The position numbers were made by a program, and so were the translations under genes. A stretch of DNA of 39,498 nucleotides, from contig JYFJ02003618.1 of NCBI GenBank assembly GCA_000934665.2, positions 1 through 39,498 on the forward strand, in the 5' to 3' direction. Source of the stretch: Catajapyx aquilonaris. Its lineage: Eukaryota. Positions 8,801 through 19,700 of the stretch are shown here, piece after piece (within the stretch, counting starts at the first letter, position 1; the number at the start of each line of letters is the position of its first letter). The notes under the pieces are model-generated. The model was not told where the DNA came from. It ran no database searches and was given only the letters and a program-made list of their open reading frames with translations.

Positions 8801-10824
8801 GTTGAGGAGGAATTGGATTCACTTCTGCATAAGCAGCACTTCCTGCTCCACAGTTGCTTGGTGAGTGATTCAAGTGCATTAGTGCAAGTTGGAGAAATAT
8901 TTAGGGAAGAACAATGAAGAGGTGTTACTCATATTGACTGTAACTGGAACACCACACCTAGATCGCTGGATTGTATGTGTAGAGGAATTTCAGGAAGGTA
9001 CTTTCTATGAGATTCTATTGAAATGTGCTTTCCAGGTAAGAAACATACGTATCCCCCTGCAAGCTGGACAACTTCAGGACCATGCGGAATTTCTAACCAC
9101 TCCTGAAGCGGAACTGTCGAATTATTCAAAGGAGGAATTGCGTGAAATGTTGGAGTAAGTTGTGGTTTTTTTTTTTAAATTCCCTGAGTAGAATTACATG
9201 TTGGTATTATTTAAATGTTTCCACTTGTCTTGGTAGAATGCCTGATTGTAATTTTCTTATTCTTCTTAGGGCCTTTTGTTGTTATCCATGGTAAATCCAC
9301 ACCAAATGCTTAATTATATCTGAATATGCAACTGTCCAATTAGGAATGAAGATGCTTTTTTTAATTATTTACCATGATCATAGCTAATTCAAATGACCTT
9401 TTGTCTTAATACTTCCCCGTTTCAGATCCGTTGGCATCGACTTCCAAAGTTTAAACCGAGATTTTCTGGAAGCTGTCAGGAATAATGAGTTTGAAAGACT
9501 TGAAGCTGAATTAATGACTGATCGTACGATACATCTGAGCCAGATGAAAAAGGAGTACACGGGTGAAAACGTATGTACTCTATTTATTTATTTGTATGGT
9601 AAATGTGTTGAATTCATCAGTGTGTCAGTGTCATGCACATTTATTCATGTTATTCTCTGACATGTATTATTATTTAAAAGTACTGTACACTTCAGCCAGT
9701 TGCAGGGCTTGCATCTCGTAAACTGTGCACGTCCCTTTGTGATTAATGGTTGGTAATTATACAAGTAAGACAAATGTGCTGTTATTAATGTTGCTATGAC
9801 TCGTTATGTAATTTGTTGTACCCGATGGTCATAAACGTATTAAACTTGGCATAATCAGACGTGCATTTGTCTTGTAACCACAGTCAAGGGCTAACCTGAT
9901 GAAGCAATTGGATGATGAATTGAGACTCCAAAACGAGCTGAAGGAGATCAGCAATGAAATGAAACACCTGCAGAAGCAAGTGAAGGAAATGGAGGTGTTG
10001 AGGAAGGACAAGTTCCTGGCCTGCTTCCAGGAGGTTGAAAGAAACCTGATGAAGTTCTACAAAGTTAGTAGCTTGATTAGGTGGACGCGAGAGCAGGTCA
10101 AATAGCCGTTCTTCTCAACATCCTCTCATTGCAGAAAGTGACGGACTGTGATACGGTGCAGGCTGTCCTGTCTGTGGACAAGGACAGTGCCACTCCATAC
10201 AATTGCCCTGTCACGTTCAATTGCGTTGTACCGGGGAAGAGATGGGTGCCTTTCGAATGTATGTCTGGCGGAGAGAAAACGCTGGCTTCCATGGCTCTTC
10301 TTCTTGCCATCAACGAGTAAGTGCAGGCTGTTTTGTAACTGTTATATCTCGTTGCTGTCAGTCGGTTGCATACTAATCTTGCGTTACCTTCCAGCTGGCA
10401 GTCCCCCAGTTTCTGTCTGATGGATGAAATCGATAGCGCTTTGGATGGGCACAACAAGCGTCATGCAGCTGCGGTCATCTCTTCGTTAGCAAATGCAGGG
10501 AAGCAGTTCTTTGTTGTGACTCACAAGAACTCTTTCCTGCTTCTTGCAGACTTGATGATTGGTTTCAGCGGCCATGTGAGTTGCTCTGTTCCTGTTTTCA
10601 GGCACATAACCTAGAACAGTACGTTGCACGCTGACTTCTCGTCTTGTCTGATCATTTTTTTACAATTGCAGAAGGACAGGGCCAAGAAGAAGCAGACGTC
10701 AACAAGGGCTTTTCACCTATCACTTAAGGGCTATGATCTGGGCGTGGTTGAGGAGGAGGTGGAAATGGACGAAGAGGCAGATGAGGAGCTGCCTATGGAC
10801 TTGTCTCCTCCCTCATTTGTCTAG
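2872..10824 (+). CDS. SMC1: Divergent structural maintenance of chromosomes protein 1-like (cohesin SMC1 paralog), ~1270 aa, 24 exons
   Basis: Phase-consistent GT-AG exons: 2872-3058, 3124-3241, 3304-3403, 3462-3613, 3683-3851, 3914-4120, 4195-4431, 4502-4716, 4790-4991, 5159-5379, 5446-5608, 5700-5825, 5883-6014, 6130-6195, 6378-6532, 6703-6800, 8405-8586, 8738-8860, 9036-9154, 9426-9570, 9884-10063, 10135-10316, 10395-10575, 10672-10824 (3813 nt, open frame). N-head FKCFRGSHTFGPF..GSNGSGKS..AISFGLG..LRVK; coiled coils; SMC1-type hinge GRLKDICEPIDKKYDRAITLILGKKMDTLIVD; C-head NCVVPGKRW..MSGGEKTLA..LMDEIDSALD. Exons 7 and 17 need AAG acceptors to keep frame. Confidence 0.88.
6865..8323 (-). 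mobile_element. Putative non-autonomous transposon (Helitron-like) inserted in SMC1-like intron 16
   Basis: Intron 16 is 1604 nt versus 57-313 nt for the others. The right end reads A|TCTTCCTTCTATCTATAATATTAAA on the minus strand (Helitron-like 5' TC). The left end has CTAG, an inverted pair CTAGAAAAA/TTTTTCTAG (6873-6881/6942-6950) and a duplicated CTCGCTTCGCTC. It contains an internal minisatellite and is flanked by direct AGCAATAT (6857-6864, 8324-8331). No transposase ORF. Confidence 0.45.
7513..7795. repeat. Minisatellite, ~9 units of 28-33 bp, consensus AATGTTCCAAACAAAGGGTT(G/A/C)CCAACACACAGC
   Basis: Head-to-tail tandem units are directly visible. They produce the repetitive ORFs seen in all six frames. 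Confidence 0.95.
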
Positions 10825-11806
10825 CCATATAGCAGAGTGCGAGAGAGGATTGTTGCGTAGCCCAACTGTCTTTCATTGCCTACATTGTAGTACAACAATA
10901 GGAAATGAATGGTTGAGGCTACAACTTGGTAGCAAAGTTCAAATGACGTTCCTCCTGAAGCAATGTTTTCGTTTCCCGGTGTATTTTCTTATTAATCGCA
11001 ACAATGTTTCTGGTCAAGCTTCTTGCTCGTAAGGTAATCCTCAGTGTCAGTTTTATGCACTGTTTTTTAGTTTTTTTTTCATTTTGCAGTTGACATTCCA
11101 AGACATGTCTATCCCAGTGCCTTACTTTTTTTATTACCGTACTTTTTTGATATAATTTCATACATCGGTTATGTTGCTGTACAATACAAGTTTTGTGGCA
11201 ACTACTATGTAAAGTTTTGTACCGTAATATGTGCTGTGACTAAGGTGCTTTTTGCAAATGAATTTTTTTTCTCCCCAGTGATTTCTTGATGAGCCGTGTA
11301 AACAGATAATTTTAAGAGACACGTGATAACGTGCAAACTGACAATTTTGTACATGAGAAAAGTAAAGCTGCTGACATATCACTGGCTTGTGTTTTTGATT
11401 AGTCGCTTTAATTTTTACAAATAATTTAATTATTGCAGTTAGGATGGGAAAAAAAAAAGCTGAAAATTTCACGTCCAACTGCCTTACATTCTTGCACCAC
11501 CAAAGATGTTTTATTCCTTTCATCCAAAAAAAAGAAAAGAACCACAACAATGAATACAATACACACCAGTCGTCTAGCTAAACAAAATTGCATAGTTCCA
11601 ATGCAGCACTTTCTTGCACAATCTTTTTTTAAAGTGAACATGTTCAGGTGACCAGTCTTAGCAGCTCAGCATCGTAATGGAAATTAAAACAAAAAATTAA
11701 ACCTAATGGACCGAATGGAAGTATCAGGCTGGTTCTCTCCTCCTCCTCCCCTGATGAGTATTTTTTTTTTCCTAAAAAAAATTTTTATTTGGAACTAAAG
11801 GTTGAT

Positions 11807-13147
11807 TCAGCTGTCTCCGCGTAAGGTGGCCAACAAGTCGCCAGATTCCTGCATCTCCTTGACGATGTCCAGTCCGCCAATCAGTTCTCCCTTGACGTAC
11901 ACTTGAGGGTAGGTGGGCCAACTGGAGAAAGTCTTCAGTCCCTGGCGGACCTCCTCGTCTTGTAGGATGTCAAACGTCTCAAACTCAACCCTGAATTTGC
12001 AAAAACCATTGTTTGTTAATTGAGCTACATGCGGCGTACATCGAATTGACCTTACTCTGCCCCTTTTAGTATGTCGATCAGCTGCCGGCTGAACCCGCAC
12101 CTGGGCGTCTCAGCATCCCCCTTCATGAAGACCATAATGTTATGCTTCCGGACCAACCCACCCAGCCTTTCTTCAAGTGGCTGCTTCTTCGGGAGCATCG
12201 CAGCCAGCTCCCCATTCTCCGACATCTCCCTCATTATATCCAGCCCGCCGATCAACTCTCCGTTGATGTACAGCTGCGGGTACGTCGGCCAGTTAGAAAA
12301 TTCCTTCAGACCTTGCCGGACCTCATCGCTGCTCAGTATGTCAAACGTGCTGTAGCGGGCCTTGTAGTCGTTCAGGATAGCCACTGACTGCTTGCTAAAA
12401 CCTGATGAAGTGGAGAACAATTAGACGGGTAACAATGCGAAATGAAAGCGATCTTACCGCATCGAGGTTCCTGCGGGTTTCCCTTCATGAACAGCATGAC
12501 GGGAGCTGCGTTAATCAGCTTCTTCAGTCGGTCGTTGATATCCTCTTCTTTCCCCTTCAGCGTCCCCTCCGCATTGTTGCTCCCTTCCTGAGCAGCCTGC
12601 CTGACCTTCTTGGTCAGCTCCGGAGCCCTTGCGCCGTCCACACGTCCCACAGCCTTCCCTCCCCGAAAGAGGATGACCGTCGGAACCGAAGTGACCCCAT
12701 GGGCCAACGAGGCTTCCGGAACCGACTCAGCCTGCAGAAGGAAGAACCGAACAGCGGACAGGTCTGCAGACGACGCCAGTTCCCGCATGCACGAGGTCAC
12801 CGTCGTGCATTGCGCTGCCCATTCCGCACAAAAGTGAACCACGGACAGATCAGCAGACCTGGAAAGTAATTAAGTCACATACCCGATAATTGCATTATTT
12901 ACCGCCATGTACTATACATTTAAAAAAATATATCAATGGAAAGTTCTGGATGCAAAAAAAAAAGTGAGTTCATTGCACTTGATCAAACATTGGTTGTGTA
13001 CAATCGGGACGAATCATACACCCAGCTGATAAATGAGTGTTGGCCAATTTGTTGTACATTAATAATACGCAATTATTTCAATTATTTAATTGCTTACTTG
13101 ACAATTTTTTCCAGCTCAGATGAACTCTGCACGTTCGAGAGCGCCAT
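11807..13147 (-). CDS. GLRX3: Glutaredoxin-3 (PICOT/TXNL2), ~326 aa, Trx-like domain plus two monothiol CGFS Grx domains
   Basis: Minus-strand exons 13147-13098, 12858-12458, 12401-12056, 11990-11807 (981 nt, GT-AG, phases consistent). Motifs: [84 protein letters not shown]. Confidence 0.95.
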
Positions 13148-13196
13148 CTTTTTTTTTCTTCTTTTTTTTTCATCTCCAGCGTTCCAAACATGGCGG
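13139..13196. promoter_or_regulatory. YY1/Pho-like motifs at the GLRX3 5' end
   Basis: AAGATGGCGC overlaps the GLRX3 ATG (minus strand) and AACATGGCGG lies at 13187-13196 (plus strand). Both are typical of housekeeping promoters. Confidence 0.35.
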
Positions 13197-16100
13197 ACGG
13201 ACGCCGGCTCCTAAATTTTAATTAAATTAATCCCAATTTTAATTCCACTGATTACTCATTACATCAAGTGCAGTATGTCAAATATTATCAAGTGCTTTAC
13301 TTACAGTTATAATAACGACAGGGATGCCAACAGTGCCGCCAGATTTGAATGGTGTTCTAATGAAGCGAAGGTCATCAGTGTCCAGGGGACATAGGTGTGA
13401 TATTAATTAGGGAGAAAAAATGGGCTCCATCCAGTCTGGAGCGGAATTAGATACGGTATCGGCTCAGACTCGCATGTCCACTCACAGCGTGTCCGATGGG
13501 CAGACTTCTAGGCTCCTTTTGTAGTCTCGGTCCATTTGCAACGGTTGCATAATGCTTGTTATTTCCACCGAGGAGTAATTAAGGGAGAAAAATTACCTCC
13601 CAAGGTTGTGGAAATAAATGTGCTAATGTGCGTGAGTTACAAAAAAATATATTTATTTCATTTTGGTTACACTTTTAACATCACACTGAGTATAAGATCA
13701 GCAAATGGGAAGAGAATGGATATTTACGAATGTGGGAAAGTATAGAAAATGCTTTACACATATGACTGTCTGTATATGATTGTACACACTCTCTGTAAAT
13801 AAAAACTGGCCAGACAATGACTATGTCTGGGTTATTCATCTAAAAGATTGTTTACCAGCCAGTTTATCTCTAGGAAATTGTCTCACATTCGAGAAGGATT
13901 CACCCTTTTCGTATATAGCGCATTCTCACTCATATATGTAGTAACAGCTTCCCTTCTGTGCTGCCAGGTCGGAGCCACAGTTGAAGCTATTATATTCCAA
14001 GCTTCCCCAGTACATAACCGAGACCCGCGCTGTGAAGTTCCCACTCGGGCCACAGAGAGCAGCCTGTTCTCTCTGAAAAGTGCTTGGCCCCATTTTATTG
14101 ATTTTAGGCGGGAGAGAAGGTGGAAATCCGGGTGGTGTGTGCTGTGCTTCCATTCCCCCCAAAATCCGGACAGAAGAAGGAACAGGACCAGGAGGGGGAA
14201 CAAAAAACAGGACAGGTGAATTTTTAGGGGACGAAGCTGACTTAGTTTTTTTAAAAGAGCATCAGGGAGATTGGGTTTGGATCGAATTGGGTCTAAGTTT
14301 ATTGCTTTAGGTGCACATGTATGTTTCAATGAGTGCAGCGTGCTGTCATGTAGATCGATAGGTCCAAGTAGTTGAAATGGAAAGTTTGGTGACTACCTGC
14401 GAGTATTAATAATATTAGTTGTAATCATTTTAGGGCGCATTTTACGCTCGGTACAGTGATTGGTTTCTGGAGAATTAATTACATTTCGATATTAATAGTG
14501 GACAGTGGAGATCGTTAACATATTAATGCAAATTAAGGACAAATCATCAATTATTGATTAGTATTGCACATAGTTTTGCGATCGTATGCACAGTAATGAT
14601 ACAGTTACTGACGGAATATGGTTACCTTTTTAATGCAGTTATCCTTGTGCATAATTATGTTAGCAATTTCCGAACCAATAAGACACCGATTTTGTTAGAC
14701 ATTTGCGCCAAATGTTTTCACAGAGTTCATTAAGTGATTCGTAATACGACGATTAGAAGTGGCTGTAGTAACTGATTATTATAATCGAGTAGCTACTTTC
14801 TAACAGTAGGTACAAGTTGAGTAGAGGTGCTTTTTCGTGCTGTAAGACACTTGAGTGATACATTTAGAAGTCGTTGGCATGTCATCTGAGGCCACGGATG
14901 ACACTCATTTTATCATATCATTCAGCGGTGGTTGAATAATATGTGTACTTACAAAATATGAGCAATATATGATTCATTACCTCCACAAGTAGAGCTTTAC
15001 AGATTAGAGCCAAAAAAGCGATAACCATTACTGACATTACAGTTGCGATACACCGTAAATTGCGAATACCTTTTGCGAGTGAACTTTGTGAAAACTTTAT
15101 TTTTGAGCAGTTACTCTCGATTATCTGACGGGATATCAAGGTTTAGCTGTTCAGGAGAATAAAAATAGTAACTCCTAATATTGTGTTTTAAGAGTGCATT
15201 TGTTTAATTGCCTGCAAAGATCATAATCATAATTTCCTGCTGGAAAATCCTCAGCCATTCACATAAGAAATAACTCAATTGAGCCATCAGCAATAATTGA
15301 TGATTAATTGAAATTTGTAGGGCCTAATATAAGGACTAATATTTCTTATAACTCAACTGAAAGTCACTTATTAAAAATAATAATAATCAGTCCTGCTGAT
15401 AGCTAACTATTTGGAGACACTTCTGGCTGTAATTGCATATACACAAAATCAGTTGATATTCATTTATGATGCATGATTTAAAAAATCGCCATTGGATTTA
15501 TTAAGATGTTGTGATTATTGTTAATATAATAAGCTGTCATGTGTAAAGGCATTCATTTATTATTATTTTCAAAAACGCTATTTCTAAGCACATTTTTTCT
15601 GGTTACAAAGCCCATTCCATTGCATTTTTAAACATTACGTACTGTACTTCAGCAATTGTGCGTTTATATGTCCCGGAGTAATAAGTTTTATTTTTGACCA
15701 TGAATGCCAATTTCTCCTATATTTCCTCAGTATATGAAATGTTGCTAAAATGATCATCACATCCACAATAATTGTTAGAGGAAAGCCTATTTCCTTTAGA
15801 ATCACAGTCATGTCATTTTCACATTTAAATGTGGCGCCATAAATCAGGAATTAATAATATATTTAATGAACCTTTCCGCTAAGTGCGTGATAAATATTGC
15901 AAATCCTCCACCGAAGCCATACAAAGCTTCGGATCCAAGTTTCTGCAGTGCTTATGGTCCGTTAGCGATAGGTTTTACTGCAAATATTTAAAATAGTAAT
16001 ACGTACAATAGATTACGCTGCATGTAATTTTTTTACTTGCACAAACAGTAGCTGTTAAATGGTAGCCTGAGCAAGTGCAATATTTTCACCAGAGTAATAC

Positions 16101-16333
16101 TCCAGCTGTGATCGCCACATGCTCTTCCACGTGGAAAATGAAATATTGGCGTTGCTGCAAATTTATATGAATTTGCATGCAAAATAGCTGAAGTGGCCCT
16201 GTTCTTGTGACATAGCAATTGCATAGTGTTATGTTCTCATTATAGGAAGTGAAGAACGTTATGTGCACAATCATGCTTGGCAATAAAATTATTTATAGGC
16301 TACATGCCATGCTTCCCATTGCACGTATGCAGA

Positions 16334-16359
16334 CCCCCCCCCCCCNCCCCCCCCCCCCC
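16334..16359. repeat. Poly-C homopolymer (26 nt, containing one N)
   Basis: Directly visible. The ambiguous base at 16346 indicates local assembly or read uncertainty. Confidence 0.9.
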
Positions 16360-16729
16360 ATCTGCAGTAGAAAAAATAAGTATGGTCAATATAATGGCAG
16401 TTTGGGTACCTCAACCAGCAGATTTATAAAATATAAAAAAAAACTCGCGACTCACAACACCGTCCTTTTACCTCCAGTAATGGTCAGGGGCTGGACCTTT
16501 TCACTTGACATAACAGCTATAAAGTTGTCCCTTCGGGCATTTCAAAGTGGCCAGAAAAACCGTTAGGTCAGCTTCCAAGGCCGACAAGGTCCACTAAAAA
16601 AGCCGCTCTCTGAAAGAAGAAAAAAGAGAGGAAATTCCTTTATAGATGCACCCCTCCAGGTATTCGCTGCATTCACCCAAAAATTCCAGCCTCTCTTTGT
16701 TGAATCTCCCGCAGATTTAATATCCAACA

Positions 16730-19700
16730 ATGTCGTCGTCTTCACCGACGAAACGGAAGAAGGAAGGGTCGTACTCTGAGGTACCTCAAAATGGAGACAT
16801 GGTCCTGGGGGATCCCGCGGAAGAGACTGGAGCCGTGTGTCTGAAGCCCAAGATGAGCCTGATGAACGGAGTGACGGTGATTGTCGGAAGCATCATCGGA
16901 TCGGGAATCTTCGTGTCACCAACCGGTGTCCTTCTGGGGACAGGTTCGGTCAACATGTCCCTAGTGGTGTGGACAGTGTCCGGCCTGTTCTCCATGGTCG
17001 GCGCCTATTGCTACGCCGAGCTGGGCTGCATGATCACCAAAACTGGAGCGGACTACGCTTACATCATGGAGACATTCGGACCTTTCATGGCATTCATCAG
17101 GCTATGGATCGAGTGCATGATCGTTCGACCGTGTTCTCAAGCCATCGTAGCACTCACATTCAGCATCTACATACTCAAGCCCTTCTTCCCGACATGTATG
17201 CCTCCGGACGAGTCTGTGCGTTTGCTTGCGGCCGTCTGCATTTGTAAGTTGCTATCGTTGGACGTTAACAATGTCCATTCTGAACTTTACACACACGAGA
17301 TGCAGATAACAAAAAATGTTATTAACCACCCCCGTCTGGATGAGTAATAAATTATCGCGTCTCTAAGCCACAAATGAGTTCGTCTGCGAGCAAAATATTA
17401 TTCCAAAGAGAAGACCTCTCATTCTTGATTAGAACACATTACGCGGTGGCCCAGGCAATAGGTCAAGCGATGTCGATCAATCACCCGGAGTATGACGTGT
17501 ACTTCACTAAGCCGTTTAGGCTGCTATATTTGCACAGGCAGTTTTTCCAGTGCCGCACATAAAACAGCAGCTTCCTTTATTGCAGTCAAAGTGGCCAAAT
17601 TTTGCGATCACGCCTACAGGGTGCCGGTTGGGGAGAAAAAAAGCGCAATCTGCAAATGTGACATTTCGCCAGCACACTAGAAACAATTAGGCAGGAAGGT
17701 GTCTATTAAAGCCAGTGAGCAGAGGATGGGGGGGAGAATCTCCATTGCACTTTTAATAGAATGGATTCAGAGTCTGCTGGGAAGTCCCAAAACGACTCCT
17801 GCGAAATATTATACCACAGGTATACCACTGGATGTAGGACAGGTTCTAAAAAGAGAACTGGATGAACAAAAGGGCTGCTTTGTTGGATCTCTAAAAGCAG
17901 CTGCGAGCTTTACAATTTTTGTCGACTGTAATTTGAATCCCGGACTCGGAGGGTGCTGAGGGGGAATGGAACTACTAGGGGACAAAAATTCCTGAGCATA
18001 ATTGTTCATTTTTTTTTGTCAGGAGCAATAGTTAGAAACAATTAAGCAGATGATCAGCGACTGTGCGTGACAAAAGTAGTACCAGATTATATCAATTCGT
18101 GACCGTCAAAACTACTGGATAATATCTCAGAAGTTTCTAAGAGTATATTTTGGGAGCAGTGGAAATTTAATTTGAAATCCTGTAATCGCATCTGGAGTGT
18201 GCAATTGTGTTCCTAATCACTATTTTTTTCTTGGCTTTACACCATCTTCGTTGATCTTTGGAACGATCCTCTTTTTTTTTCTTCTAGACCTTTGATCGAA
18301 ACCTGTCGTAAAGTTTACTTTTCGGTTTCCTATTTCTGCTTGGAGCGTACTTCTCACGGTCAGAGCCTGGAGTGCAAACTCGTGTACCATCAGTCTACAC
18401 ACACACACTCACACTTGACGTCCGAAGTTGATCGTTGAGCTTGCAAAACCTCAGATTCGCGGGCGAAATTGGACACTATAATAAGTCAATGGCCTATACC
18501 GACAATCTGGAAATATCGGTTCGAAGTCCACTCTACACATAAATGAACATAAAAAGGGAATTGTTTACGTCGCTGTTTAGCGTCAGAGGCAAAGTTCAAT
18601 CTTTCTGAATGAGAGCAGTATGAAAATAGGCTACTATAATTATTATCTCCGGATTTTTCTAGCTATATTTGGAAAATTAACTTACACTTTTTTTTGTATC
18701 CTGAGTCTGACGACATGCTTAGCGAGATTGCATGACCGTATAGTATAATACGCTGAGGTCAATGGCACATACCGTGTGTGAGCTGAGGTTTGATTTACAG
18801 CACGTGTTCGATGGCGGCCTCTGTCCTTGATAGATCGGCGAGGATTGGCATAATTCAGCAATAACTCAATGCCGGTTATAGAGAGGCTTTGTCACCGAAC
18901 AAAAATTTGCGAACATTTTCACGTTGTCAGGATCCGGTGACCTGTCCTGGCGTTCAGTAAATGAAATTCCGAACTGGGGGACAAACACATGTGTGTTGCT
19001 CAGAGGTCAGAGCCGAAAAGAGGTTTTTTGGCGAATAGACCTCAGCTTATATAGCCCAGTTTTTGCAAGGTTGCCTCCATATGCATGGTTGCCATATGTT
19101 CCCTACAAATTGGTGGGAACAATGACCGAAGGGCATGCCAATGTTAAATATTTAAAAAAACAGTGTTACCGCAGGAATTAGTGAAATTCCGGACATGAAA
19201 AATTGAAATTTGCGATTTTCCAAAGAATCGGCAGAAAACCTGGAACGTATGCTATAGTAAAATCTATAGGAAAATCTAATAAAACCAGTCGAAGTCTGGG
19301 AGAAGTGCAGAAAAATAAAATACATAAGAAAACCTCAGAAGTCCCTGGAGAATCCACGGAAAACCACAGAAATCCAGACAACTCAGGAAGTCCAGAAAAA
19401 TAATCTGGAGATTACAAAGATAATGTGCACACATCATTTGAAATTACGTCTACAATATCAGTGTAGACGTCATCAGGAGTTTGCAGATTTTTTTTCTCGT
19501 CCCGTATTCTTATACCACCTGTGGCTTTTATCTGCAGAAAGGTGATGCAACTATTCGCGAATGTGGCGTGTTCCCTCGTCAACAAAGGAGATGGGATGCG
19601 CATATACACATATACAAGTATATATAACTTACCTGACCCCAGACCTGCAATTTAATCCACGCTGCATCAAGCAGGGTTGAAAACCTGTTTATCCCCGATC

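Noticed and set aside
2872..10824. SMC1-like gene as a pseudogene or a bacterial/horizontally acquired SMC
   Set aside because: All 24 exons join into one open frame with GT-AG introns, and the hinge and head are SMC1-specific. The fragmentation in the ORF track is due to introns.
14080..14215. Candidate non-coding first exon of the LAT gene ending CAG|gtgaat
   Set aside because: Plausible, since the acceptor at 16714 requires an upstream exon, but it cannot be located from sequence alone.
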